Positions 9,057 to 18,916 of a stretch of 64,000 nucleotides of DNA are shown here, piece by piece. The DNA is from an uncultured Bacilli bacterium (GTDB taxonomy: Bacteria; Bacillota_I; Bacilli_A; RF39; UBA660). Below the pieces are notes generated by a model. That model saw only the letters and a program-made list of their open reading frames with translations, did no database searches and was not told the origin of the DNA. The stretch spans positions 184-64,183 of the forward strand of contig CALVSO010000005.1 in NCBI GenBank assembly GCA_944359055.1. Reading direction: 5' to 3'. Within the stretch, counting starts at the first letter, position 1. The number at the start of each line of letters is the position of its first letter. Made by a program: the position numbers and the translations under genes.

Positions 9057-11129
9057 TTAATTTGTACCATTTTTTTTGATAATTTCTTCAGCAATATTTC
9101 TAGGTACTTCTTCATAATGATCAAATACCATTGTAAAGTTACCTCTTCCTTGAGTATTACTTCTTAAACTTGTAGCATACCCAAACATTTCTGCTAAAGG
9201 TACCATTGCATCAATAGCTAATGCATTTCCTCTTGATTCTTGACCAAGTGGACGACCTCTTCTTGATGTAAGTTCTCCCATAACAGCACCTAAATATTCA
9301 TCAGGAACTACTACTTGAACTTTCATAATTGGTTCTAGTAAAACTGGTTTACATTTGTTTTTAGCTTCTTTTAATGCCATTGAAGCAGCAATCTTATAAG
9401 CCATTTCAGATGAGTCAACATCGTGGTATGAACCATCGAATAATGTTGCTTTAACATCAATCATTGGATATCCAGCTAAAACACCAGTTTTCATAGCATC
9501 TTGTAATCCTTTGTCAGTAACAGGAATATATTCTCTTGGAACTACACCACCTACTACTGCATCAACGAATTCATAACCTTTATCAGGATTTGGTTCAAAT
9601 TTAATCCATACGTGTCCATATTGTCCACGACCACCAGATTGTTTAATATACTTACCTTCACATTCACCAGCTTGAGTTAATGTTTCACGATAAGATACTT
9701 GTGGTTTACCAATATTAGCATCTACACCAAATTCTCTTCTCATTCTATCAACGATGATATCTAAGTGTAATTCACCCATACCAGCAATGATAGTTTGACC
9801 TGTTTCATGATTTGTACTAGCTCTAAAAGTTGGATCTTCTTCAGCTAATTTTTGTAATGCTAATCCCATTTTATCTTGATCAGCTTTTGATTTTGGTTCA
9901 ACAGCTAATTCAATAACTGGTTCTGGGAATTCCATTGATTCAAGAATACAAGGTTTCTTTTCATCACATAATGTATCTCCAGTAGTTGTATCTTTTAATC
10001 CAACTGCTGCAGCAATATCTCCTGCAAATACTTCAGATATTTCAGTACGAGTATTAGCATGCATTTGTAGAATACGACCGATTCTTTCTTTTTTATCTTT
10101 AGTTGCATTTAATACATATGAACCACTTGATAAGTGTCCTGAATAAACTCTAAAGAATGTTAATTTACCAACGAATGGGTCTGTCATAACTTTGAATGCT
10201 AAAGCTGAGAATGGTTCTGAATCAGATGGATGTCTTTCAATTTCTTTACCATCTAAATCTACACCTTTAATAGCTTCAATATCTACTGGGCTTGGTAAAT
10301 AATCAATTACTGCATCTAGTAATAATTTAACACCTTTATTACCTAAAGCAGTACCACACATTACAGGGAAGAATTCAACTGCTAAAGTTCCTTTTCTGAT
10401 TGCTTTTTTAATTAATTCAACAGAAATTTCTTCTCCTTCTAAGTATTTGTTCATTAATTCGTCATCGAATTCAGCTACTGCTTCGATTAATTCATTTCTT
10501 TTTTCTTCAACTAAATCAACCATATCAGCAGGAATATCAATAACTTTTGCATTTTCATGTTGTTCACCATCATATTGATAAGCAGTTCTAGTAACTAAAT
10601 CAATAATACCATTAAAGTCATTTTCTGCTCCAATTGGCCATTCAATAGGTTTTGCATTAACACCTAATCTTGAATCAATAGTAGATAAACTATATTCAAA
10701 ATTAGCTCCCATCTTATCCATTTTATTACAGAAAATCATTCTTGGTACCTTAAATTCAGTTGCTTGACGCCATACTGTTTCAGTTTGTGGTTCAACACCT
10801 GCTTGAGCATCTAATAATGCAACTGCACCATCTAATACTCTTAAAGAACGAGATACTTCAACTGTAAAGTCTACGTGTCCTGGAGTATCGATGATGTTTA
10901 ATCTATGATTTTTCCAGAATGCTGTAGTAGCTGCTGAAGTGATTGTAATACCTCTTTCTTGTTCTTGTTCCATCCAGTCCATTTGAGAAGCACCATCATG
11001 AGTTTCTCCAATTTTATGAATTTTACCTGTATGGAATAATACACGTTCTGTACAAGTTGTTTTTCCAGCATCAATATGGGCCATGATACCAAAATTACGT
11101 GTTTTTTCTAAACTATATTCACGAGCCAT
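9057..11129 (-). CDS. fusA: Elongation factor G
   Basis: [22 protein letters not shown]..., 690 aa, in str operon context. Confidence 0.97.
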   Translation of the reverse strand: MAREYSLEKTRNFGIMAHIDAGKTTCTERVLFHTGKIHKIGETHDGASQMDWMEQEQERGITITSAATTAFWKNHRLNIIDTPGHVDFTVEVSRSLRVLDGAVALLDAQAGVEPQTETVWRQATEFKVPRMIFCNKMDKMGANFEYSLSTIDSRLGVNAKPIEWPIGAENDFNGIIDLVTRTAYQYDGEQHENAKVIDIPADMVDLVEEKRNELIEAVAEFDDELMNKYLEGEEISVELIKKAIRKGTLAVEFFPVMCGTALGNKGVKLLLDAVIDYLPSPVDIEAIKGVDLDGKEIERHPSDSEPFSALAFKVMTDPFVGKLTFFRVYSGHLSSGSYVLNATKDKKERIGRILQMHANTRTEISEVFAGDIAAAVGLKDTTTGDTLCDEKKPCILESMEFPEPVIELAVEPKSKADQDKMGLALQKLAEEDPTFRASTNHETGQTIIAGMGELHLDIIVDRMRREFGVDANIGKPQVSYRETLTQAGECEGKYIKQSGGRGQYGHVWIKFEPNPDKGYEFVDAVVGGVVPREYIPVTDKGLQDAMKTGVLAGYPMIDVKATLFDGSYHDVDSSEMAYKIAASMALKEAKNKCKPVLLEPIMKVQVVVPDEYLGAVMGELTSRRGRPLGQESRGNALAIDAMVPLAEMFGYATSLRSNTQGRGNFTMVFDHYEEVPRNIAEEIIKKNGTN

Positions 11130-11144
11130 ATATTATTTCCTTTC

Positions 11145-11612
11145 TTACCATCTATAATGAGCAAATGCTTTATTAGCTTCTGCCATTCTATGTGTATCTT
11201 CACGTTTTTTAACTGCTGCACCAACACCGTTTGATGCATCAATAATTTCGTTTGCTAAATTTTCAGCCATTGAATGTCCGCCTCTTAATCTAGCGTATTG
11301 AACTAACCATCTTAATCCTAAAGCTTGACTTCTATCTGGTCTTACTTCAATTGGAACTTGATAGTTTGCTCCACCAACACGACGTGATTTAACTTCTAAA
11401 GCTGGTTTAATATTTTCTAAAGCTTTATTTAAAACGTCCATTGGTTCTTGATTTGTTTTTTCTTTAACTATTTCAAAAGAGTCATATAAAATTGTTTGAG
11501 CAATTCCTTTTTTACCATCGATCATTAATCTATTAATTAATTTAGTAACTAATTTAGAATTATATAATGGATCTGGTAATACGTCTCTTTTAACTGCACG
11601 TCTTTTACGCAT
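11145..11612 (-). CDS. rpsG: 30S ribosomal protein S7
   Basis: [36 protein letters not shown]... Confidence 0.97.
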   Translation of the reverse strand: MRKRRAVKRDVLPDPLYNSKLVTKLINRLMIDGKKGIAQTILYDSFEIVKEKTNQEPMDVLNKALENIKPALEVKSRRVGGANYQVPIEVRPDRSQALGLRWLVQYARLRGGHSMAENLANEIIDASNGVGAAVKKREDTHRMAEANKAFAHYRW

Positions 11613-11627
11613 AACTATCTCCTTTCA

Positions 11628-12041
11628 TTATTTTTTAGGTTTTTTACTACCATATTTACTACGTCCTTGACGACGTTTTTCAATTCCAGCAGTATCCATA
11701 GTACCACGAATAATGTGATATCTAACACCGATTAAGTCTTTAACACGTCCACCACGAATTAAAACTACTGAGTGTTCTTGTAAATTGTGTCCTTCACCAG
11801 GTATATAAGCTGTAACTTCCATACCATTAGATAATCTAACACGAGCATATTTACGTAACGCTGAGTTTGGTTTTTTAGGTGCCATTGTTCCTACACGAGT
11901 ACAAACACCACGTTTTTGAGGTGAATTTTGACTAGTTCTAACTTTATCTTTGCTGTTATATCCAATATTCAAAACTGGTGATTTACTTTTTCTAGTTTTG
12001 TTCTTACGGTTTTTTCTAACTAATTGGTTAATTGTAGGCAT
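11628..12041 (-). CDS. rpsL: 30S ribosomal protein S12
   Basis: [13 protein letters not shown]...[19 protein letters not shown]... Confidence 0.97.
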   Translation of the reverse strand: MPTINQLVRKNRKNKTRKSKSPVLNIGYNSKDKVRTSQNSPQKRGVCTRVGTMAPKKPNSALRKYARVRLSNGMEVTAYIPGEGHNLQEHSVVLIRGGRVKDLIGVRYHIIRGTMDTAGIEKRRQGRSKYGSKKPKK

Positions 12042-12130
12042 TGTTTTACCCTCCTTTCATTTACACACTTCCAGGTGTTTCATTTTACTTATTAATTTAA
12101 GACTTGCCTAAGCAAATCTAAAACGTAATA

Positions 12131-12159
12131 ATCTTATCATTTTATTGTATGTTTGTCAA
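12131..12159 (-). promoter_or_regulatory. Sigma-A type promoter of the str operon
   Basis: TTGACA (12159..12154), 17-nt spacer, TAAGAT (12136..12131), about 90 nt upstream of rpsL. Confidence 0.45.
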
Positions 12160-12165
12160 GTATTT

Positions 12166-12576
12166 TTATACATTATTTTGATATCCGGCAGTCATATATT
12201 TACTACCACACTTTATATATGTATGATATGTTATTTTAGAATCATTTTTTATTATAGTATGACCAGTACAAATAGATGTATCATCATTAGTAGTTAATAA
12301 ATTTTTTTCTTTTAATTTTTCAACAGTAACTACTATTTCATCACCTTGTTCAAGATTACTATAATATGTTTTTTGATATTTTTTTGAAGCTTCTAAAACT
12401 TGAGATTCAAATGTTTTATATATATTAGATGTACTAGAACCATCAATAGGTTCAAGCATATTTTTAAAAACTTTATTAGCTAAAACAGAAATAATTACTA
12501 AGGCAATCATTAAAACTAATACGCAAGCTAACATGGCTTGTAATCCCCAACCCCTATTATTTAATTTTAACATCAA
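12166..12576 (-). CDS. Pilin-like small secreted/membrane protein with degenerate prepilin N-terminus
   Basis: N-terminus NNRGWGLQAMLACVLVLMIALVIISV is a single hydrophobic helix but lacks the G/F...E5 prepilin motif. The C-terminus has two Cys (ICTGHTII...YIKCG), like the D-region of the canonical pilin at 22372. The start overlaps the upstream stop (ATGA). Confidence 0.5.
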   Translation of the reverse strand: MMLKLNNRGWGLQAMLACVLVLMIALVIISVLANKVFKNMLEPIDGSSTSNIYKTFESQVLEASKKYQKTYYSNLEQGDEIVVTVEKLKEKNLLTTNDDTSICTGHTIIKNDSKITYHTYIKCGSKYMTAGYQNNV

Positions 12577-13244
12577 AATAAATTCCTTTCTTCCAATTCA
12601 TCATTGAATCTATATAATTTTGCAGGTCTTCCCATATATCCTTCATTAACATCACCAGTATCAATAACATATCCTAAATTTACTAATTTTTTTCTAAAAT
12701 TTCTTCTATCTATTTCTGTATTTAAAACTTGCTCATAAACTTTTTGTAATTCTGGTAATGTAAAATCACTCGGAAATAATATTTTTAAAATATTACTGTT
12801 TATCATTCTCTTTTTCAAATATTCAACTAATTTATTAATTATTTTATCATGATCGTAACCAGTTTTTGGAATAGAATTAATCTCAAACCATGCTAGTTCA
12901 ATTTCATCTCTTTCTTGTTTTTTTAATACTAAAGTTATATTATCAATTAAACCTATAAATGCTGTCGCAACTACTCTATTATCTGGATCCCTATTTAAAT
13001 TACTAAAAGTATAACATTGTTCAATATACATAGTTGGTAATCCTAAAGTGTCACATACTACATCCGTTATATTATCTTCTAAAGTTTCATTGTTACTTAA
13101 TAAAGAACCTGGTAACACCCAATAACCTTTATAAGGTTCAGTTTTTTTATGCATTAATAATATTTTTATTTTACCCTTATCGACAGTAAAAATTCCAATT
13201 AATGTTTCTAATAATTGATTATAATCCTTCTTAATACTACTCAT
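12573..13244 (-). CDS. NrtR-like regulator (Nudix domain with degenerate Nudix box plus C-terminal winged helix)
   Basis: GYWVLPGSLLSNNETLEDNITDVVCDTLGL lacks the REx2EE core of the Nudix box. The C-terminal FTLPELQKVYEQVLNTEIDRRNFRKKLVNLGYV...GRPAKLYRF matches the NrtR wHTH pattern. Confidence 0.55.
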   Translation of the reverse strand: MSSIKKDYNQLLETLIGIFTVDKGKIKILLMHKKTEPYKGYWVLPGSLLSNNETLEDNITDVVCDTLGLPTMYIEQCYTFSNLNRDPDNRVVATAFIGLIDNITLVLKKQERDEIELAWFEINSIPKTGYDHDKIINKLVEYLKKRMINSNILKILFPSDFTLPELQKVYEQVLNTEIDRRNFRKKLVNLGYVIDTGDVNEGYMGRPAKLYRFNDELEERNLF

Positions 13245-13274
13245 ATATTTCTCCTTTGTGTTTAACGTACACTC

Positions 13275-13303
13275 ATTTTACATTAATTTTTCTATTTTGT
13301 CAA
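13275..13303 (-). promoter_or_regulatory. Sigma-A type promoter of the nrtR-like/pilin-like operon
   Basis: TTGACA (13303..13298), 17-nt spacer, TAAAAT (13280..13275). Confidence 0.5.
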
Positions 13304-13306
13304 ATA

Positions 13307-13336
13307 GTAAAAAACCAAAGATTTAAATCCTTGGTT
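13307..13336 (-). terminator. Rho-independent terminator after the 1308-aa surface protein gene
   Basis: Minus-strand AACCAAGGA-tttaaa-TCTTTGGTT (one G-U pair) followed by TTTTT. Confidence 0.6.
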
Positions 13337-13342
13337 CTTTAT

Positions 13343-16300
13343 TTATTCAGAAACATTTATAGTTACATCTAAAGTAATTTCACTATAATCTTTATAACTA
13401 AATGTTATATCTCTTGTATTATCATCGGCTTGTAACCATAAGATAAATTCTGTTCCTGTTGCACCATGACGACTAGCATCAGTTATATCAATTTCTTCAA
13501 TCGTATATCCTTCTGAAGTTAATTGATTAGGATCAATGCCTAAATCAACAATAACGCCATACCATTTTTTATTTAATCCGCTACCATTGGTGTAAGAAAT
13601 TAGATTACCATTTTTTGTAACATTAATTACATTACTTTCGAAATCAACATTAATAGCATTTTGATTAGCAACTATTTCAATATAATGTTCATCATTTTCT
13701 GAATCTAAATTATCTGTAATTGATTTTTTAGCAGTTACTAATTCTAATGGTTTAACAAAATTCCATCCATCTTTATAAATAGCTATTTTAGTCTCTTCGC
13801 CATCTTTAAATTCAAACATTGTTTCAGTAGCATCAACTATAAACATGCCATCTTCATATGTTACATCTGAAATTATTTCGTTTTCTGTTTCATATAATAC
13901 ACCTACTTTAGCATCAAAATTAAATGTGATTGTTAATGTATCTTCTTCATCATCTAAATTTTTGAATGTTATTGTTTGTGTTTTATCAATATCAGATCCT
14001 CTTAACCAAATAACAAATCCAGTATCACTAGTAGCACCTAATCTTTTAGCATCTAGTATATCAATTTCTTCAATTGTATAACCTTCAGCAACAATTCGTT
14101 TAGGGTTTATACCTAAATCAATTATAAATCCATACCATTCTTCTTCCATGTAACCATTATTATATTTTTTTAATGGTTTCAATTCTTTGATATTAATTGT
14201 ATTTTCTTCTTTAGATATATCTACTCTTTCATTGTTATAATTCATTTCTTCATAATATGGTTCTTCTTCCAAAACATTAGATAAATCTAATTTTTTTATA
14301 TCATTTAAATTTAGAGTTGGATAATTAGTTAAAACATTAACTATAATAGTTTCTGTTACATCATTATTGTCTTTATGTTTAAATGTTAATTCTCTAGATT
14401 CATCTAAACCATTTAACCAAATAACAAAAGCAGTATCACTAGTAGCACCTAATCTTTTAGCATCTAATATATCAACTTCTTCGATTGTGTAACCATCTAC
14501 TTCTAACAATCTTGGATCAATTCCAAAGTCAACTATTAAAGCATACCATTGTTTAGATAAAGTACTAGAATTAGTGTATTTAATTAATGCTTTATTTTTA
14601 GTTACATTTATTTCATTTGAAGAAACACTTACTTCGATAGCTTCTTGATTAGAAATTATTTCATCATAAAATGGTTCTTCTTCTTTAATACTTTCGGTAT
14701 CAATTTCAGTAGCACCTTTAAAATCTAAATTAGTTACAAATGTCCAATTATCATCTTTTTTAGCTGTTTTTAAAACACCATCCTCTTTAAATTCAAATGT
14801 TGTTATATTTGAATCAACTACAAAAATTCCATTTTCATAAGTAATATTATTTAAATCGGTTATATTACCTTCTGCTTCATAAGGTACAGCTACTTTATAT
14901 TCTTCATTACCGGCAAATTTAAAAGTAAGTGTAACATATTCAGTTTCATCATTTTTGTTTACAAAAGTTAATTCTAAAGGTTCAGTTAATTTAACATCAG
15001 TTAACCACATAACAAATGCATTTTCGTTAGCTGTTGTATATCTAGAAACATCAGTTATGTCTTCAGGATTAATTGAATAATTACCTATAATTTTTACATC
15101 GTTTACATTGAATCCTAAATCTAAAACAAAACCAAACCATTTTCCTTCCATAAAACCATTATTATACTTGATTAAAGGATTGTTTTCAGTTATTGTAATA
15201 ACAGAATCTTGTTTAGATAAAGAAATATTAGCCATATTATATTTCATAAATGGTACATATTGTTCACTATTTTCTAAATTAGATAAATTTAATTCAATAG
15301 GATTTTTAACATCAAAAGCGCGATAATTAGCAGTTACATTGATTGTAATAGTTTCGATGACATCATGATTATCTTTATGTTTAAATGTTAATTCTCTAGT
15401 TTTTACAGCACCATTTAACCAAATAACAAATGCAGTATCACTAGTAGCACCTAATCTTTTAGCATCTGATATATCAACTTCTTCGATTGTGTAACCATCT
15501 GCTTTTAACAATCTTGGATCAATTCCAAAGTCAACTATTAAAGCATACCATTGTTCATCACGACCACTATTATTTACATAACTAGTTAATTTACTATCTT
15601 TTGTAATATTAATTATGTTATTTTCAACATTGACACTAATTGCATTTTCATTATCTTTTATATAAGAAGCAAAAGGTTCTTCATCTAAAATATTTTCAAC
15701 TTCTATTTTATTTGCACCTTTAAAATCTAAATTAGTTACAAATGTCCAATCATCATCTTTTTTAGCTGTTTTTAAAATACCATCTTCCTTAAAGGTAAAT
15801 GTTGTCACATCTAAACCAACAACAAACATATTATCTTTAAAAATTACATCATTTGATAAATCAGTAATACTAGATGTTGATTCATAAGAAATACCAGTTA
15901 TACCATCATATTTTAAAGTTAATGTAATTGTATCGTTAACATCTAAACTATTATTAAATGTAAATTTTAAATCACCTTGCACAAAGTCTTCTTCAGTTAA
16001 CCAAATAATGAAAGCAGTATCACTAGTGGCACCAAATCTTTTTGCATCTAGTATATCAGCTTCTAAAATGCCATATTGTTTAGAAGTAATATTATGAGGA
16101 TCAATACCTAAGTCTAAAATAAAACCAAACCATTGACCTTCCATATAACCATTATTATATGACTTTAATAAATCTGTTTCTTTTATTGTTATAATATTTC
16201 CTTCATTTGTTATATTTACCTTTGGAATATTATAAGTCATCTCATCCTTATATGGTTCATCTTCACCAAATTCAGGTAATACTAAATTAGATGTACCATT

Positions 16301-17269
16301 CATACTAAATACTGGATAAGTATTAGTTATTTGCCATATATCATCAACTAGTTTTACTGTTTTTGATGTTCCATTTTCAATAAATACAAATTCGTTTATA
16401 CCATTTGCAATATTAAATTGTTTATTCGTAACGTCATAATTTACGCCTTCAGTTTTTACAACAATTTCGTTAGTAGTTTCATATTCATAGCGAGCCATAC
16501 CAACAAAATTAAATGTCAAAGCAATTGCTTCATTTGTTTCATTATCAACAAAAGTAATTATTTTGTTAGTATTAATATCACTACCTCTTAACCATACAAC
16601 AAATTGATTTTCATTAGTTGCTCCTAAACGATTTGCTTCTGTTTTATCAACTTCTTCAATTGTATAACCTTCTAAAGTAGTAATTCTATCTTTTGGAATA
16701 CCTAAATCTAGTAATATTGCATACCATTGTTCATCACTATATCCGTTATTCCAGTTTTTCATACCTCTAGTCTCTAAAATATTAATCATATTTTTATCTA
16801 CTGATATAGAAATAGATTCTTGATTAAATTTAATATCTTCACCAAAAGGATCTGTTAAAATATCATCAGTTTTAATATTAAGCGCTGAATTTAATTGTAG
16901 TTTTTTAGTTGCTTCTTGTTGTTCTACTAAATCAATATGAGTGAAATAAGTTTCATCTCCACTACCATCAGCATTTATGCCAAGTGGTGTTTCTATTTCT
17001 TCAAAATTATTTAATGCATTTTCCCATGTATCACTTCCATATGGTTTAAAGTAAATAACCATATCATCAATGTCATCACTTTCAATTGTTTTTGCAGCTA
17101 GCATAATGTTTTTTGTAGTTAATTGAGCCCCATCAGCTGTAAAAATATGAGTCCCAATAATATAAGCGTTTTCTAGTTTACTTTGGTCGATTGCTTCAGC
17201 ATTAGCAGTTATACCAAGCGCTAAAAATGACATTGTACAAAAAACAACATACTTCAAATTTTTCTTCAT
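13343..17269 (-). CDS. Large secreted repeat protein (1308 aa), unknown repeat family
   Basis: Signal peptide MKKNLKYVVFCTMSFLALGITANAEA. There are seven modules of the form ...NNGYxExQW(Y/F)(G/A)x(I/V/L)(V/L)D(L/F)GI(D/N)P...GYTIEE(V/I)DIxDAKRLGATSDTAFVIWL... These are interleaved with FKEDGxLKTAKKDDxWTFV beta-rich segments. No cell-wall anchor was recognised. Confidence 0.85.
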   Translation of the reverse strand: MKKNLKYVVFCTMSFLALGITANAEAIDQSKLENAYIIGTHIFTADGAQLTTKNIMLAAKTIESDDIDDMVIYFKPYGSDTWENALNNFEEIETPLGINADGSGDETYFTHIDLVEQQEATKKLQLNSALNIKTDDILTDPFGEDIKFNQESISISVDKNMINILETRGMKNWNNGYSDEQWYAILLDLGIPKDRITTLEGYTIEEVDKTEANRLGATNENQFVVWLRGSDINTNKIITFVDNETNEAIALTFNFVGMARYEYETTNEIVVKTEGVNYDVTNKQFNIANGINEFVFIENGTSKTVKLVDDIWQITNTYPVFSMNGTSNLVLPEFGEDEPYKDEMTYNIPKVNITNEGNIITIKETDLLKSYNNGYMEGQWFGFILDLGIDPHNITSKQYGILEADILDAKRFGATSDTAFIIWLTEEDFVQGDLKFTFNNSLDVNDTITLTLKYDGITGISYESTSSITDLSNDVIFKDNMFVVGLDVTTFTFKEDGILKTAKKDDDWTFVTNLDFKGANKIEVENILDEEPFASYIKDNENAISVNVENNIINITKDSKLTSYVNNSGRDEQWYALIVDFGIDPRLLKADGYTIEEVDISDAKRLGATSDTAFVIWLNGAVKTRELTFKHKDNHDVIETITINVTANYRAFDVKNPIELNLSNLENSEQYVPFMKYNMANISLSKQDSVITITENNPLIKYNNGFMEGKWFGFVLDLGFNVNDVKIIGNYSINPEDITDVSRYTTANENAFVMWLTDVKLTEPLELTFVNKNDETEYVTLTFKFAGNEEYKVAVPYEAEGNITDLNNITYENGIFVVDSNITTFEFKEDGVLKTAKKDDNWTFVTNLDFKGATEIDTESIKEEEPFYDEIISNQEAIEVSVSSNEINVTKNKALIKYTNSSTLSKQWYALIVDFGIDPRLLEVDGYTIEEVDILDAKRLGATSDTAFVIWLNGLDESRELTFKHKDNNDVTETIIVNVLTNYPTLNLNDIKKLDLSNVLEEEPYYEEMNYNNERVDISKEENTINIKELKPLKKYNNGYMEEEWYGFIIDLGINPKRIVAEGYTIEEIDILDAKRLGATSDTGFVIWLRGSDIDKTQTITFKNLDDEEDTLTITFNFDAKVGVLYETENEIISDVTYEDGMFIVDATETMFEFKDGEETKIAIYKDGWNFVKPLELVTAKKSITDNLDSENDEHYIEIVANQNAINVDFESNVINVTKNGNLISYTNGSGLNKKWYGVIVDLGIDPNQLTSEGYTIEEIDITDASRHGATGTEFILWLQADDNTRDITFSYKDYSEITLDVTINVSE
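14370..15802. repeat. 1002-bp in-frame super-repeat inside the 1308-aa gene, with near-identical patches
   Basis: The stretches starting at 14411 and 15413 (ATTTAACCAAATAACAAA...GCAGTATCACTAGTAGCACCTAATCTTTTAGCATCT...) are near-identical. So are those at 14712 and 15714 (GCACCTTTAAAATCTAAATTAGTTACAAATGTCCAAT...). Both pairs have an offset of exactly 1002 nt (334 codons). Confidence 0.8.
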
Positions 17270-17281
17270 ACATATCTCCTT

Positions 17282-18454
17282 TTATTTACTAATATTTACT
17301 ATTTTACCATCTGTCAATTTTACTTTAACTGTTTTATTTAACATACTTTCATTAGCATTATTTATTCCATTGACACTACTATTATATTTTGCTACTGTTT
17401 TTTCATCTTTATCTAATAATTCGCTAAATGAAATCACTTTACCATTTTGATATACTTTAATTATTCCAAATGGTGAGTAAGCATCATATTTTTCAAATTT
17501 AATTGTATAAGTATCAGGAATTTTTTCCCATTTTGCTACTAAAGTAATATTTTTAGTAACTTTGCTACTAAAGTTATAATCTTTGCCATCTAATTGCCAA
17601 CTAACAAACTTATAACCACTTCTTGTTGGGTTTGTAGGTTTGCTAACTGTATTACCTTCTTTTACAGTTTGACTTGCAACACTACTTCCTCCATTGCTAT
17701 CAAATTTAACAGTATATTTAGTTATTTCACTTGGTTGCTCTACTTTTTCCCATTTTGCTGTTAATGTAATATTTTTTGTAACTTTACTACTGAAGTTATA
17801 ATCTTTGCCATTTAGTTGCCAATTAACAAATTTATAACCACTTCTTGTTGGATTTGCAGGTTTACTAACTGTATTACCTTCTTTTACAGTTTGACTTGCA
17901 ACACTACTTCCTCCATTACTATCAAATTTAACAGTGTATTTAGTTACTTCACTTGATTGCTCTACTTTTTCCCACTTTGCCACTAAAGTAATATCAGAAT
18001 AAATTGAAGTTTTAAAATCAAACAACTTATCATCATTATACCAACCAATAAACTTATAACCATCTTTAGTTGGTTCACTTGGCCTTGTCACTGTTTTTCC
18101 TTCAATTACACTTACGATATTAATACTACCATCAACGTCAAAAGAAACTTTGTAACTAACGACAGAAGCTTCTTCAATCCAACTAGCTTTCAAAGTTATA
18201 TTTTGCGTAACAGGCCTACTAAAATCATATGGTTCATCATTTAATAACCAATTATCAAAAATATATCCTTCTTTAGTTGGGTCAGTTGGTTTAGTTACTA
18301 AATCGTCTTTTAAAACTGTTTGACTTGTTACACTACTTCCACCATTACTATCAAATGTAACTGTAAATTCTTCTTTCTTACTACAGCTACATCCAAATAA
18401 TGTGGTAGCTAAAAACACCCCCATAACTAATAATAAAAATATTTTTCTTTTCAA
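17282..18454 (-). CDS. Lipoprotein with four Listeria-Bacteroides (InlB B-repeat/Flg_new) repeats
   Basis: The likely start is TTG at 18454, preceded by AGGAGTG, giving MKRKIFLLLVMGVFLATTLFGCS (lipobox LFGC). Four copies of TVxFDSNGGSSVxSQTV...KPxxPTxxGYxFxxWxL...YxFSxxVTxNITLxAKW follow. It lies 12 nt upstream of the 1308-aa gene, so an operon is likely. Confidence 0.8.
   Translation of the reverse strand: MKRKIFLLLVMGVFLATTLFGCSCSKKEEFTVTFDSNGGSSVTSQTVLKDDLVTKPTDPTKEGYIFDNWLLNDEPYDFSRPVTQNITLKASWIEEASVVSYKVSFDVDGSINIVSVIEGKTVTRPSEPTKDGYKFIGWYNDDKLFDFKTSIYSDITLVAKWEKVEQSSEVTKYTVKFDSNGGSSVASQTVKEGNTVSKPANPTRSGYKFVNWQLNGKDYNFSSKVTKNITLTAKWEKVEQPSEITKYTVKFDSNGGSSVASQTVKEGNTVSKPTNPTRSGYKFVSWQLDGKDYNFSSKVTKNITLVAKWEKIPDTYTIKFEKYDAYSPFGIIKVYQNGKVISFSELLDKDEKTVAKYNSSVNGINNANESMLNKTVKVKLTDGKIVNISK
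17527..17970. repeat. Two near-identical 222-bp tandem repeats (B-repeat units 3 and 4 of the lipoprotein gene)
   Basis: The CCCATTTTGCT... block at 17527 recurs at 17749, an offset of 222 nt (74 codons). The protein copies differ at only a few residues. Confidence 0.75.
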
Positions 18455-18566
18455 AATGTCACTCCTTACTAACATAGAAAATAATTATATTAAATTGAAG
18501 GCTATTTAATATAATTTTTTTGTATAATTTATTTTTTATTAGCAAAAATAAATTATATATGGTAAT

Positions 18567-18612
18567 CATTCAATTGAATGCTCCTATTAAATTATAGCAT
18601 TCAAACGAATGC
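18567..18612. promoter_or_regulatory. Two CATTC-N4-GAATG palindromes (candidate operators) in the divergent intergenic region
   Basis: CATTCAATTGAATG (18567..18580, perfect 14-bp palindrome) and GCATTCAAACGAATGC (18597..18612). Their centres are 31 bp apart. They lie between the lipoprotein operon (-) and the XRE regulator (+). Confidence 0.5.
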
Positions 18613-18668
18613 ATGTCAAGCTATTTTTAAGTTTACTGTGAGAAAATATTATACGAGGAAGTGAGTAT

Positions 18669-18893
18669 ATGTATCTTAAAAGATTACGTGATTTACGTGA
18701 AGATAAAGATAAATATCAAGTTGATATTGCCAAATACCTAAAAATTACTCGTCAACAATATAGTTTATATGAAACAGGAAAAAGAGATATTCCTATCGAC
18801 CTACTTAATATGTTGGCTGACTATTATAATACATCTATTGACTACATCGTTGACCGTACTGATGAAAAAAAAACTTATCCCAAAAAAAATTAA
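18669..18893 (+). CDS. XRE-family helix-turn-helix transcriptional regulator
   Basis: 74 aa, LKRLRDLREDKDKYQVDIAKYLKITRQQYSLYETGKRDIPIDLL (HTH_3 pattern). RBS GAGGAAGTGAG. Confidence 0.8.
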   Translation: MYLKRLRDLREDKDKYQVDIAKYLKITRQQYSLYETGKRDIPIDLLNMLADYYNTSIDYIVDRTDEKKTYPKKN

Positions 18894-18916
18894 GTCTAAT
18901 AAACTTAATTTTTTTA
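18882..18916. terminator. Bidirectional terminator between the XRE gene (+) and rpoD (-)
   Basis: AATTAAGT (18888..18895) / ACTTAATT (18903..18910) stem, flanked by an A run (18882..18889) and a T run (18909..18915). Confidence 0.55.
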
